Part shown: positions 23,901-36,225 of the stretch, one piece after another
Layout: each line of letters starts with the position of its first letter
How positions within the stretch are numbered: position 1 is the first letter of the stretch
Origin: Vicugna vicugna
Taxonomy: Eukaryota
Direction of reading: 5' to 3'
Length of the DNA stretch: 64,000 nucleotides
NCBI GenBank assembly: GCA_013265495.1
Contig: MU059330.1
Location: 14,021,980-14,085,979, forward strand
Notes under the pieces: model-generated
What the model was told of the DNA's origin: nothing
What the model saw: only the letters and a program-made list of their open reading frames with translations
Database searches by the model: none
Translations under genes and position numbers: made by a program

Positions 23901-26900
23901 TGCGCCCCTCTGCCCCATGCACTTCCTTCCATCTTGACCTACTGTCATGATAGGGACCTTTCTCAGCTGCCCTGGAGATTCTGAGTCCACGTGGCAGGTG
24001 GCTCCCGCTGTCCCAAGATGTCTGACGTGTCCCCAAGCCCTCAAGCTGGGACTGAGAGCTCTGCCTGTCCTCCTCGGGGGCCCCGGTGCCTTCTGCTGCA
24101 TCCACCTGGAAGCCCCCAGCTGCCCCTCTGTGCTGACCACTGACCCTGTGGCTGGTTTTCTGTCTCTACTTGTGGCCCGTGGGCACTGCTGCCCCAGGGA
24201 CCTGCGCACACCAGCCCTGTGAAACTGGCAGTGCCGAGTGCCGGGGCGGGACACGGGCCCGAGCTGGGCTGGATCAGCTGGTGCAAAGGCTCCAACCTTC
24301 CTGGGAGCCCTCGGGCCCTGGCTGAAAGGAGGCAGGCCTGGTGCCGAGGGTCTCGGCGTGCCTGGGCGGTGGGGCGTCAGGATTAGGGTTGCCTTGGACA
24401 GGGTGGTCTGACCCCACAAAGAGCCGCACAGGCACAGCGCACACCATCAGCTGAGGTGTGCTGAAAATGGTAACTGTGGTCGTCGAGGAAAATCGCTGTG
24501 CGTTGGACTGCAGGACAGAACTGTCAATTCAGCGAATTACTGGAAGACACTCTCATTTTGCAGAAGCCTCCAGATTGGGCGGAAGATTCCAAGATTTGAC
24601 CTGAAAGCTCTTGGATAGAGATGACGGGGACAATGGGGATGTTGGGGCTGCGGGAGGGTTTGAAAGAAAAAAGCAGCTCTTCTGGAAAAGCTATATTTAA
24701 TTTTAGATTTGGGTGGGAGAGATAAGAAATAGCTTGTATACAGCAGCGAGCATGGGCTCTGGAAGGAAAGTTTTCCTGAGCGGAGGCACACATTTTCCTA
24801 ACAGTCTCGGGTGGGTGGGGAGCCTCAGAGGCGATGTAGCCAGGGCCTGAAGTCAGGAAGACATTCACACGTTAGTAAGAAAAAGACAAATCAGTCCAGT
24901 GTGAATCTGGGCATGGGGTTTATGCAAATGGACAAATCATACCAAAGAAGCCCAGATACCCCCCAACACAAAACGCTCAGTAGCCGTGACCTGCGCCCCC
25001 GGGCCCAGCCGGCCATTTCCACCCTTGCCGTCGGCCTCTTGGATTTCTAGCCACACTCAGGGTTTTGTCTGATCGTGAGGAGGGGACTTTTCTCGAGAGC
25101 AGATGTGTGTGTGACAGGTGGAGCTAACAGTGACCGTGCAGAGTGCCAGCCTTGTCTGTTTCACTTTTGCTTTCAAGTGTTTTAACTATTCGAATTACTT
25201 GTGCAAACGACTGTTTGTTTCCAATTTGAAAGTAGCATCTGATTAGGGCCGGAAGGTGTTCTGCCTTCTGGGGAGCGGAGGCTCTCTGGGCTGACTGGCT
25301 GGGCCTGCACCTGAGATGCCGGGTCCAGGGCTGGTGTTGCTCCTGTGCGGCCGCGAGCTCAGAGGTGTGGCGGCGGCGCTTTTGACGCAGGGCTTGGCAG
25401 GGCCGGCTGACGGGGCCCCGGGAGGGTGGCCGTGCCTTCTCCAGTCTCCTTTCTTTAGAAAGCACAGTGAAGCAGGGTGTGCACTTTCCTCTCGCCCCCG
25501 CGTCCTGAGGCTCTGCCCCACTTCCTGCCTGTGCAAGGCTGCCCAGGCCTCAGGTGTCACCTTGGCAGTTGTAGGACCTTCTGTTTACTCTGAATCAAGA
25601 TTCTTAAAAACAGCCGGCTTTGTATTTTTTTTATAAGTAACAGCCAAAAAAGGAAACCGATTTCCTGGGCAAGTTGTTCCTGTCTATCTCACGTGCCTGG
25701 AGGTCTCTCTGCAGAGTCCGCGAGTCTTGTGCCTACTCTGCTCCTTGTGGGACAGCTTGGAGGTGACCAGGGCAGCGTCCCAGGCACGCACAAGACCAGC
25801 CCCAGAGTCCTGCTCCCTTGATGTCTGGCCCTACCCGTGCTTGGGTCCAGAGATGAGCCCCGTTCGCCCGCCCCAGGCACCAGCTGAGCCGTCTCGGGAG
25901 GGCTCCCCCGGGGTCTGCGGAGGGTGAGGGCCGGTGCACCTGTCAGTGCACTTTTCTGTGGCCAAGGTGAGGGAAGGTTCTGGAACCCGCCCTGTAGCAA
26001 TTTGGGGAAGGACTCTCGCTGGGGAGGTGCAGGCACAGTGAGCGGAGGGAGGCTGGCGGGGAAGTGGGGGTAGGGGTGAGCCCACAGCACGCAGAAAGCT
26101 GAGCCCCAGGGGCCACGGGGTCCCCATGCTGCACCTCGGAGGGGAGGGGTCGCAGGTTCTGGGTGTTCTGGAGGTGGAGCCAGTAGGAGTTGGTGAGAGA
26201 CTGAGGTGGCTCCCAAGTGTGTGTCCAAGGGGTGGGCGAGCAGGGTCAGCTCAGGGCCGGTTTGGTCCGGGAGGGCGGGTTGCCAGTCATCCTGCTGCTG
26301 GTCCGGAGCCCTGGGCAGGCTGGGTGCACGGAGGGGGCATCATCCCGCCAGGCCCATGCCCGCGCGTGTGCGGGCGCTCACAGAGGGAAGGGGGCTCGGA
26401 CCTGTCCCCCAGCCCCCGCGCCAGCCCATCTCCTGCTGGCCGCTCCTATGGCCTTGGCTTTGCTCTGATTAGGCTGACCCTGGGGTCGGGCCTCGGTTCC
26501 TGCGACCCAGCGCCTTTACTGTGGGGGTTTCCAATCTGGGGCGTGGCCTGCGCCCTGCTCCCCGCCTCCATCAGCGCCATCATCTGGCTCCCCTGCAGCC
26601 GGGCCCTGCCAGCACCCGCTCAGCGCAGTCCGGCACACGGTGCCCGCGCTGCCCCCGTGCTCCCTGGGCTGGCAGCACTCCCTTCACTCCAGGCCCCATC
26701 TGCACCCCCACACCCGCGAGAGTCCACGTTCCGCGTGCTCACCCTGGGCTGCCATCCCAGAGGGATGCTTGGCTCAGGTTGCAGTCTAAGTGGCTTGGAG
26801 ATGTGGGTGATGTCAGTCCTGTTTTGTGTCTTATCTTTTGTGCTGACTGTCATCTCGGGCTGTGTTCTCTGTGCCTCATGTAACTTGCAGCTCCTCCCCT

Positions 26901-28075
26901 GGGTGGCCCCTGGGTCTGTCACGCAGGTGACCTCCAGCGCACCTGTCCCCTGGCGGCATCCCTGGGTGGCACGCAGCTCTGCTGCCACCAGCAACGCTGA
27001 GCTCAGCAGCCTCCCCGGGTGCCGTGCCAGTGTGCGCAGCTCCCTGGGGGCGGGGCCTGCCGGCTGCCCCCGTGACCGCACAGGCTTGGGGCGGTTCCCT
27101 CCCTCAGGGCAGGGGCTGCGGCTCGGCCCTCAGGGAGCCCAGGAGGCCCAGCCTGAGCTTCGGCTGCCCCTGGACCCCCAAGTGCCTGTGCTCGGCCTCC
27201 TTGCGGGCAGGGCTGCTGCACTCTCGGCCACGGAACTGTGGGGCCAGCGCAGCTGACGTCCACCTGCCTTATCGGCTCACCAGCATCCCCTCCGGCCAAG
27301 GCTGGTTAATGGTGACCGTGGGCCGACTGAGCAAAGCCCCTTTCTGCTCCCATCCGCGTGGTTGTCAGAAGCTCTGAGAACGAGGTAGCGGCCGAGGTTG
27401 TGGCCTCAGCGCGGGCTCCGTCCGTGTGTGTGGCAGGCCCCGCACGCGCTGACTCTTTCCACACGAAGGAGGGAGGGAGCTCCCGCCCGTCTGTCTGTGG
27501 GCGCCCCTCCTGTTCCTTTGGAGCAGTGGTGGCCATGTCCCGTGACTGAAGCGCTGGCGCTGGAGCGCGCCTTCAGCGGAGTCTCCCCTGTGTCCGCCAG
27601 CATGGCGCTGATGGCTCAGTGGGTTCCCGGCTGCTGTCACACGGTGGCTGGCACCTCCCCTGTGCTGTGCTGGCCGCACGTGCTGAGTCAGCACCCAGCA
27701 TGGCTGGCTGAGGTCCCTCCATCTGGCGTCGCTCTGGGGAGGGCGAGGTGGCCCAGCCTGGCACAGCCACTGCGTGGGTGGAGACCGGGGTGACACACAC
27801 TTCAGAGATCTTGTCTCTGAAGCAGTGCCCTGGGGGTTCCCAGTCGGCTGTGAAACACAAGGCACATGGACCGGCTTGCACGTGGGCGATGCCAGCTCCT
27901 TGGTGGCCGGGGCAGGGAAGAGGAGTGACAGCGGGCAGGTCCGAGCCGGGCACTGTCACTGCAGGTGCCCAGTGGGCCTGGTGAGTCCACTGTGAACTGG
28001 TGACTGTTTTACACCCAAAACGAGCACTGTCACTTTCACAGTCCTTACCGCAGGAAATTTCAAACACAGGCAAAC

Positions 28076-28449
28076 GCGTTCGCTCGGGCGGCCGTGAGGA
28101 GGCGCCGCAGCCGGGGCCGGGGGGCGGCCCCACAGAGCTGCTTCCTCCCGGTCCTCGAGGCTGGAGGCGGAGACCCGGGCGTCACGGGCCCTTCCTCCCG
28201 AGGCTCCTCTCCTGGCGGGCAGACCCCGTCTCCTCCCCGTGCCCCCACACGGCCGTCCCTCCGTGCGTGGCTGTGTCCTGATCTCTTCTCAGAGGGGCCC
28301 CAGTCACATGGGATTAGGGCCACCCTACTGGCCTCATTTACCTTGATCTCTTCTTTGAAGACCCCACCTCCCAAAATAGTCACATTCCGAGGTGCTGGGG
28401 GTCAGGACTTGAACATATGAGTTTGGGGGACACAGTTCAGCCCCTAACA
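28076..28449 (-). mobile_element. MLT1 solo LTR, antisense, strongly GC-shifted
   Basis: Ends ggggtcaggacttgaacatatgagtttgggggacacagttcagcccctaaca; contains ggattagggccaccct...aagaccccacctccc. Confidence 0.85.
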
Positions 28450-31400
28450 CCAAAGCGGAGAAAAATGTAATGAGCCTCCCACCCCCCTGGCTTCAGCAGT
28501 CACCCACTTCGGGCCCCTCTGGGCCCCCCGACACCCCCCGACCAGTGACTCGGAAGCCAAGCCCAGACCTCAGCGTCTCACCCACAGCATCCCGTGTGCA
28601 CCTGCATCCAGGCAGGAGGCAGTGGCCACCCCGCACCGGCCGTCATCAGCCTTGAAGATGCCAGCTGCCCGCTTCAAGGTGTCCGGTGTGAGGCAGGTCA
28701 GCGAGCAGGTGCCCCAGGCACGTCCTGATCAGAGGGTCCCCTTCTAGCTCTGTCTTGGATGTTTTCCTTGCGGTGCGTGTGGGGCGTCTGTGTCTCCCAG
28801 TCTGCCTTCTGCTGACTGTGTCCCAGGCTTCGGTGCTTTCTGGAAGCTGGTGGCTTGGTCTAGAACTGGAGAGATGCCATTTCTGTTGGGTGTCCTGTGG
28901 CCCCCACACGCACGGCCATGCAGGCCTGCTGATCTGCGTCTGGGCAGGACCTTCTGTCACCTGAGTGTGCCTGGATGGCGGGTTCTGGAAGCCTGTGCCA
29001 GCCCCTCGTGGGCAGGTCTACGGACACAGCCCCTCCACCCCTTGGCTGCCCCGAGGGACAGTCTCACAGGACAGACAGCGTGAAACCTGTTGTGCCCTCG
29101 GCCAGTGCCACAACCAGGAGCTGGTTTCCTAGGGCCATCCAAAGGCGGCGGTGAGGCTGGGGCATGTGCCCGTGAGTGCGCGTGTGGATGTGTGCGTGTG
29201 CCCGCCATGGGGTCGTGGTGGTGTGCAGTGTGAAGTTCACGTCACGCATGGACTGTTCTTTGTCCAGTCGCCCCCTCTGCGTGGGGGCCTGAGTCCGGGG
29301 ACCTTGGCTGTCCCAGTGTTCCAGGGTCACCTCCTACACTTTTACCCCGACCTGGACCTGGAGTCACTTCACTCAGGAGCCCTGGGTCCCTTTGGCAGGA
29401 AATGCTGACCCGAGCCTGGACAGCTCTGCTGGGGACCCGTCACGAAACGTGCCCGGGGAGGGTGGCTGTGCACCCTGAGACCTGGTTTGACTGGCTGCCT
29501 GACGACTCGGATGCGCTGGGGACGTGCATGTCCTGGTGACTTGTGTCAGACCCTCTGACGGGGCAGTATTCGCAGCCAACCCCCTAACCGTTTAAACTGA
29601 GCGGCTCAGCAGAGACTCTGGATGCCGCTGCCCATAGGATTGCGTCACAAACCCTCGTGTGGCTCGGGGACCTCCCTGTGTTTGACCTGGCACTTTCGAG
29701 GGGACCAGGCTCATGCTGATGTGCAGGACTGAGGCTGTGGGCAGCGTCTCAGGAGGCATTTCAGGAAGCCGGTCCCTCTGGCAGCCTGTGGGTCCCGAAG
29801 GTGCGGGCCCTCCAAGCAGCTTCCACAGCCCTCAGGGCACGTGCGCTGGAACCACTGCCTCCCACCCCCTCCCCCAGGCCAGCAGGGCCGACCGACAGGC
29901 GTGTGGCTCCGACCACGTTCTGCCTCCACCGACGCCCTCCTCGTCTCATGGGGGCCTGTCTGCTGAGGGTCAGAGGCTCTGTGGTCACTCGCACGTCCTC
30001 TCCCTGCCTGCTGCGAAACTCAGAACCCAGGACTGTGTTCTCCCCTGATGCACACCAAGTGGGAGCAGGAATGCATCCCCCGAGGTGCACATGGGGTCAC
30101 ACATGATGTCCCACGTGCAGTGGCCTAGTGCACCCCACCTGCTGACCAGCCTATGGGACCAGCAGGTTGAGCAGTGTACTTGCCCTGGCTCTGGTCACCC
30201 ACCCCAGACTCGCCATCACCTCCCTGTTGGTCGGGACCGAGTGGGGCGCTGCCTCCCCGGGGCCCCCAGGAGCCCCTCTGCAGTCTCGGTTCTCAGAGGC
30301 CTGGGGTGGGGCGCGGGAAGCAGGCTCCTGCCTCAGGAACCCCTGGGACCAGCTGTTCTATGCCGTCGTTTGTGGTGGCAGCCATCCTGGTCATGGAATG
30401 TGGCTGCAGGGTAGGGGGTGGTCCGCTAGCATCCGGGAGCGATCTGGGCGTGGTGGGTGCCCGGAGCCTGGGCCATCGCTTCGCCGCACGTCCATTTTGT
30501 CTGTGGCACAGGCTCGGCTTCAGGGTCTGCTTATGGGAACACGCAGGAAACTCTCCGGTGACGGAACTGCTCTGAACTTGGACAAGCCGGCAGCAGTGGG
30601 TTGAAACGCCGAGCAGGTGTGCAGGGTCGCAGGTGTGTGGGTTTCCAGCACAGCCTCCCCGGAGCCGGGAGCCCGAGAAGCGGGGCCCAGCGGGTGGAGT
30701 GTCTGCCGACGGCACCTCTTTTCCCTCCGAGCAGAACTGCGAAGTGACAGGGAAGGAAGGAGCAGGAGGTAATGCTCAACCTACATTTTAAGATGAAGGG
30801 AAGGCGACGTTTGAAGCTTGTGGAGTTGGATTAGAATGTTACTTCGAGAAAGCTGTTTTCTCAACGTGAGTCTTGGTAAATGAGATATTTCTGCAAATCA
30901 TGCTCCAGGCTCTCCCCTCAAGAAGTTAAAAAGACCACCAGAGTGAACGCAGAGCAGACGAGAGAGGTGCTTGCAAGAGCCGCAATTCAGATGACTGCGT
31001 AGGGCACAGCGGGACAAGGAGAGGGTCCAGACGCGGTTCCCTAAACGGAGGAACAAAGGAGGAGCGCGTCCGCAGTGCGGGCGCAGCTGTGTTGCAGCGA
31101 CACCCTGGGTCAGGGCAGGGTCGACGTGACCTCACGGGAGCGGCTCCAGGCAGTCATCCTGCAAACACGCGTGTCGGGAAGCCGGGTGGGGAGGAGACAC
31201 CGGCTGGGGACACCCGGAGAGAATGTTCTCCCTGAGAAAACTCTGAAGTGACTCAAGAAAAATAGGAAATCTAGATAAACGGTCAGGAGACATCAGAGCA
31301 GCCATCAGAACGCTGCTCTGTTGAAGCGCCTCCTCCGACGTGTGTTGGCGTCTGGCCTTGTGACCGCGGGGCCCACCCGAGGATGGGTGACGGCCAGGCC

Positions 31401-33143
31401 CACTGTCCCCGACGCGTGCAGCAAACAGACCCAAGTCCGTAAAAGAGACGTCATAGCCGGTGGCTTCCCAGCCCAGCAGCCAAGGTCGTAACGCCAGGAA
31501 AGCCGAGACTGCCATGGAGACAGGCGTGTGATGGCCCCGCGGGTCACGGGAAGACGTGGCAACATTCGGCCCCGCTCGTGCTGAAGGCAAGACCAAACCC
31601 TTAGGAAACCGGGGCTGGAGGGTGCGTTCCCTCAGCAGGGACGCCCTCTGACAGCCTCGAGCAGCCCCCCACTTAACGGGAAACGTGGCCACCAGGTCCA
31701 CCACACAGATCTGGGGTCACCATCCTGTTCCACCCCGTGTTCAAACTGCAGGTTCGGCCAGGGTGACAGCCGGCTCTCAGAGAGGAGGGAGGTCAAAAAT
31801 CACCGTTGTTGCAACACGTGGAGACCCGGGCCCAGGGCCCCCTCTCAGCTGCTGGGGATTCAAAATGTGGGCGTGTGTGAGGGATGGAGAAGACACACGG
31901 GACTTCCGGGGCTTTGTGAGGGAAGCACGGAATAGCTCATCGGCACTTTTGTACCGAGAACGTGCCGAAGTGACGCTGCTTCGGGTGTGCTGAGTTCATT
32001 TCATCACCTCTATGGTTTAAATTTGGCTGCTGGAAAATGTGCAATTGCACGTGTGGCCTGAGTCGGGCTCCTGTTGGGCCATGCTGGCCTCGCTGGGGAC
32101 CCTGGAGAATCTCGCAGGCCCGTGGGAGCGGTCAGCGTGCAGGCCTGCGGTGCAGAGGCCAGCAGCGTGAGCTGGGGTGGCGGGGCCTCGAGCAGCTCGA
32201 TGTGGCACCGTGGGCCTGGGCCTCTTCCCCTGTCTTTGCTGTCTCCCCCGCACCAAGCCCTCCGTGTGCTGAGAGTGTTTTCCTTGCAGTAGTGGAGAGC
32301 TGCGTCTACTGGTCACAGCGCTCGGTGAGTTTCACGTCTTGTCACGCCTCTGCTGCCCCATTTCTAGCTGACCCCCTGAGACTGGGTTCATCACAAAACA
32401 CTTTTTTCTGGAGCACCCACCCCGCCCCCACCCCGGCGCCCCCCTGCCCCCCGTGCGGAATCAGATGTCACTTTGCACCAACGAGCTGAGTTATAGCTGC
32501 CGTCCAGCCGGGCCTCCCCCGACTCGGCCACTCTGCTGAACCGTGTGTGCTCCACCGCCCAGCACTTGTGGCTCCCTCCACCGCAACCTGCAGGACCTGC
32601 CCTTCCCCACTGATCCCCAGTGCATCTCCCCACCCCCCGTCCTCCTGACCAGACCCTTGGCCTTCAATACCTCCCTCTCTGCTGGGCTCCTGTCCTGTCC
32701 TGTGGCTGGAAAGTCCCTGAACCCCCAGTCTCCCTTGTCCACGGTCCAGTCTTGCCAACGCTGTACCTGCTACTTCGACGCTTCACAGATGGCCACTCAG
32801 TGCCCTGAAAGCCCCCTCCTGTGGGGGGGGGCACTACGGGGGGGGCCAGAGGAGCAGGGCGGCTGTGCTGGGCCTGGAGAGGGGGCTGCCTGGTGGGGGC
32901 GCCGGGAGTGGGCAAGCGCTGTCCACTGGGAGAGAGCCCCCCCTTCCCATGCCGCCCCCCAGGGTGTCTGCAGGAGGCAGCGGGCCGGTGGGGCAGCAGC
33001 GTGGCCGGGGACCCCGAGCGGGATGTCCAGAGCTGGCCCCACCCTGCTGTCCATGGGAGGGAGGTCAGCGGCTCGGGCAGGGCGGGCCGGCCCAGGGGGC
33101 CCAGAGGACGCCGCTTCCGCAGTGACACGGCCTGTCTCCCCAG

Positions 33144-33286
33144 GTCACCATCATGACACTGACGCTCTTCCCCGTCCGCCTGCTGTTTGCCGCCTGCATG
33201 ATGCTGCTGGCCTGGCCCTTGGCGCTCGTGGCCTCGCTGGGATCCGCTGAGAGGGAACCGGAACAGCCCCTGGCCTCGTGGAGGAA
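33144..33286 (+). CDS. LPCAT1: LPCAT1 exon 2 (VTIMTLTLFPVRLLFAACMMLLAWPLALVASLGSAEREPEQPLASWRK), hydrophobic membrane segment
   Basis: Acceptor tctccccag|G, donor AA|GTAAGT, 143 nt. Confidence 0.97.
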
Positions 33287-34924
33287 GTAAGTCGCCTGCC
33301 TGTGGGGGCTCCGATCGAGGGCCGGTGTCACAGAGCCAGCCCTCCGCGGGCCAGTCCATCTTCCCCGCCCGGCACCAGGGTCCCCGCCACATCCCTGCCG
33401 CAGTCCTGCCTGGGGCTCCTTCCAGGGTTCTGCGAGCCGCGTGTCCGAGCGCAGAGGTCCCCCGTGTCTCCGTGGTACCCTGCCCAGGGCTGCGCGTCAG
33501 CCGACGTCTGTCCCGCCCGCTGGCCCCGGCCTGGCCTCTGCAGGTCGACGTCCCCCCGCCCCGGTTCACAGACCTAGGCATTGCCCTCTTTTACATAGAG
33601 AACGTGAATAAGCCGCCGCCTGCGGAGGGGCGGGCTGTGGGCACATCTTCACTGCAGACCCGACAGGGACCTCGAAATACTAAATTAGGTCACAGCGCTT
33701 TCTCGTGTATTTGAACACCTAACGCTGGTTTTAACTCGCAGTATCTGCCCTCAGTAAAGGGAAGGTTGAGCAGCTGTAAGGATTTCGGTGAGTGAGCGTC
33801 TTGGAGGACACCTGTCCTGCGAAGGCCAGGCGCTGGCGGCCTCCCCCGTCCGCGTCTCTGGTCAGTCACAGGGGCGAAGGGTTTATTTGGAACAGAAATG
33901 TTGTTAGTTTCGTGCGGGTGCGGGGGTGTGGCAGGAGGGCCGCAGGCCAAGGCTAGCTGCCGCCTGTGTTTTCAAGTGGAGCCTGATGGGGACGCAGCCC
34001 CCCGCCCCCATCGCGGGCTGTGTGGCCGAGCCCTCGGGCCAGCAAAGCCTGAGCTCCTGGCCCGGCCCTTCACGGCACAGGGACCAGCTCGGCCCTCCTT
34101 CCTCTCCAGTGTCTGAGCTGCAGGAGCGTTGGTGCCCCGAGAGGCTGTGGAAACGGCATCTCTGTGGGATGTTGGTTCTCCGCCGCCCGCGGGCCACGGT
34201 CAGCCACGTGCAGGCTGAAGACGGCCGGTTAAGGTTCAGGGGTTTGCTGAGCCATCACTGAGCGGGGCACAGCCTGGGGCCCCTCACCGTCCCGATGTGC
34301 CTCATGTTCTCAGACCTTCCCCAGTTTCAAGGGAACCTCGGTCTCTGCTCCTCCCCGGAAGCCCGAAGGCCCCGAGACCGCCTCCCCATGTGTCCACAGC
34401 GCGGAGCCTGGCCTGGGGGCAGGAAGCCCTCTTCCAAAACCATGAATGCGTCAGTGAGTGAGAGAGAGAGGGACGGGGAGGGAGGGGGCTGGGTTCCTAA
34501 GCTCTTTGGAAATCATGCTTTACCTCGAGGTGTTTCTTGTATGTTTTAACTAAAATATGATTTTCGTATCAAATATATAATCAAACAAAATAAATCTAGA
34601 CCAAATAAGAATCAGAATTTCAGTTTCACTGGGTTGAGAACCCATGGCTTGAAAGCCGAGACTTTGTGGTTGTGACAGCTCACAGGTGACCTGACTCCCC
34701 ATTCCCTCTGTTCTGCTCTTGGGCTGGGCTCCTGCCCTCCTGTGCCCCCGCAGAGGGGGTTCCTCACACCGCAGGGTCTGTCTTTTCAAAACAGATGAGA
34801 AGGGCAATTTCCATGTCCTCTGCTGGCTCCCGTGGCTTTTCCTGTCTGTGATAATGATGTGCTCGGTCTCATCGGGCAATAAAGCGGCCAAGCTGTTTGG
34901 TGGCTGCAGCCCACTTCACAGGTG

Positions 34925-35372
34925 CCTGTGTGTGCGTGTGTGTGAGGTGCATGTGTGTGAGTGTGTGGTGTGCACATGTGACACGTGACATGCCCGCATG
35001 CACGTGTGATGTGCACGCATGACGTGTGTGTGATGTGCCCGTGTGTGTGTGATGTGCCTGTGTGCGTGTGCGTGATGTGTGTGGTGTGCACACGTGATGT
35101 GTTTGACACGCCCGTGAGCATTTGTGTGTTGTGCCCGTGTGTGCGACATGCACGCATGACATGTGTGTGACGTGCACACCTGGCGGGCCCTGCGCAGGGA
35201 GGTGCGGGGGTTTTGTAAGTTTCTCGGGAACTCTGGCCGTTCAGGTCCGTGGGGGCTGACTGCATCTTTTGTATGTGCACATGGGTTTGAGTACGTGTGT
35301 GTGCATAATGCATTCGAGTGTATGTGCATGTCTGTGTACGTGTGTGTGCACGTGGGTGCACGTGTACTGGTG
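34925..35372. repeat. Complex (GT/GC/AT)n alternating purine-pyrimidine repeat in intron 2
   Basis: Long gtgtgcgtgtgtgtgaggtgcatgtgtg...gcacacgtg tracts in two blocks (about 34925-35175 and 35270-35372). Confidence 0.9.
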
Positions 35373-35929
35373 TGGACCCCAGCTGCATACGTCGCGCACG
35401 CTGAGTCCCCGCCGCCTGGCGCAGCCCTCGGGGTGTCCACGCAGCAGTGTTCATCGAGAGCTCAGAGCGCGGCCCTGGGCCGGGTCGGGTCTCCGGGGAG
35501 ATGAGCACAGACACCGGGCGCTGAGCTCCTCAGAGGAGACGCGGAGACAGCAGCGGCTGGGCTCGAGCCCCGGGGGGCTGGGAGGAGACCGGCTTGAAGT
35601 AACAGGGTCCGGGGTGGAGGCACCGTGCCGGCAGCTGGGGGCGCCTTGTTTCGCACCGCGCACAGCGGTGCGGTTTTGAGTAGATTGGTGCTGCACTGGG
35701 GAGGCTTTTTGCTGCACGTAAGCGTCATTCAGACTTTCCAAAAATATATCTTAGGTTTTCAGTGAGAGGAGGAATGACACAATTTCATAAAAGACACTTG
35801 CTGTATGTTTCAAAACACAAAGTGTTGTAAAAACCGCAGCATCTTCTTACAAAACCCGGCCAGCAGGCTGACCCCTGAGCCAGGCAGGCTGCTCCCGTGG
35901 GCACTGCCCTCGGCCAGCTCGCGGTCTGG

Positions 35930-36225
35930 GAGGACGGTGTGACGGCCACGTCCCGCAGGTGGGGGGCTCAAACCGCAGGGATTCATTTCTCAGGGTTTTA
36001 GAGGCTGGAAGTCAGAGATCAAGGTGCCGGCAGACGCGGCGCCTGGTGACACCTCCTCCCGGCTGCAGACCCACCTTCTTATCCATCCTCTTTCTCTTTT
36101 TTAAGGGCAGCGGTCCTGTCGGACCAGAGCCCCTCCCCAGGACCTCACTGGACCTTTTTACCAAATCTAGTCGCACAGCGGGGGTTGGGGGCTTAGGGCT
36201 TCAACATAGGAACCTGGGGGGATGC
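35930..36225 (-). mobile_element. MLT1 LTR remnant, antisense
   Basis: gaggctggaagtcagagatcaaggtgccggcag and cttagggcttcaacataggaacctgggggga. Confidence 0.7.

Noticed and set aside
26126-27256. 376-aa ORF in intron 1 (longest in the track)
   Set aside because: GC-driven composition, no domain, no supporting promoter or splice structure. Only PhyloCSF or Ribo-seq support would revive it.
31940-31968. Small hairpin TCGGCAC...GTGCCGA and nearby palindrome GTGCAATTGCAC (32039-32050)
   Set aside because: Too short for a pre-miRNA or structured ncRNA; expected by chance in 64 kb.
32664-33581. 305-aa antisense ORF across exon 2
   Set aside because: Shadow of GC-rich coding and intronic sequence.
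34786-35514. His/Thr/Cys-rich ORFs resembling metal-binding proteins
   Set aside because: Translation artefacts of the (CA/GT)n repeat.
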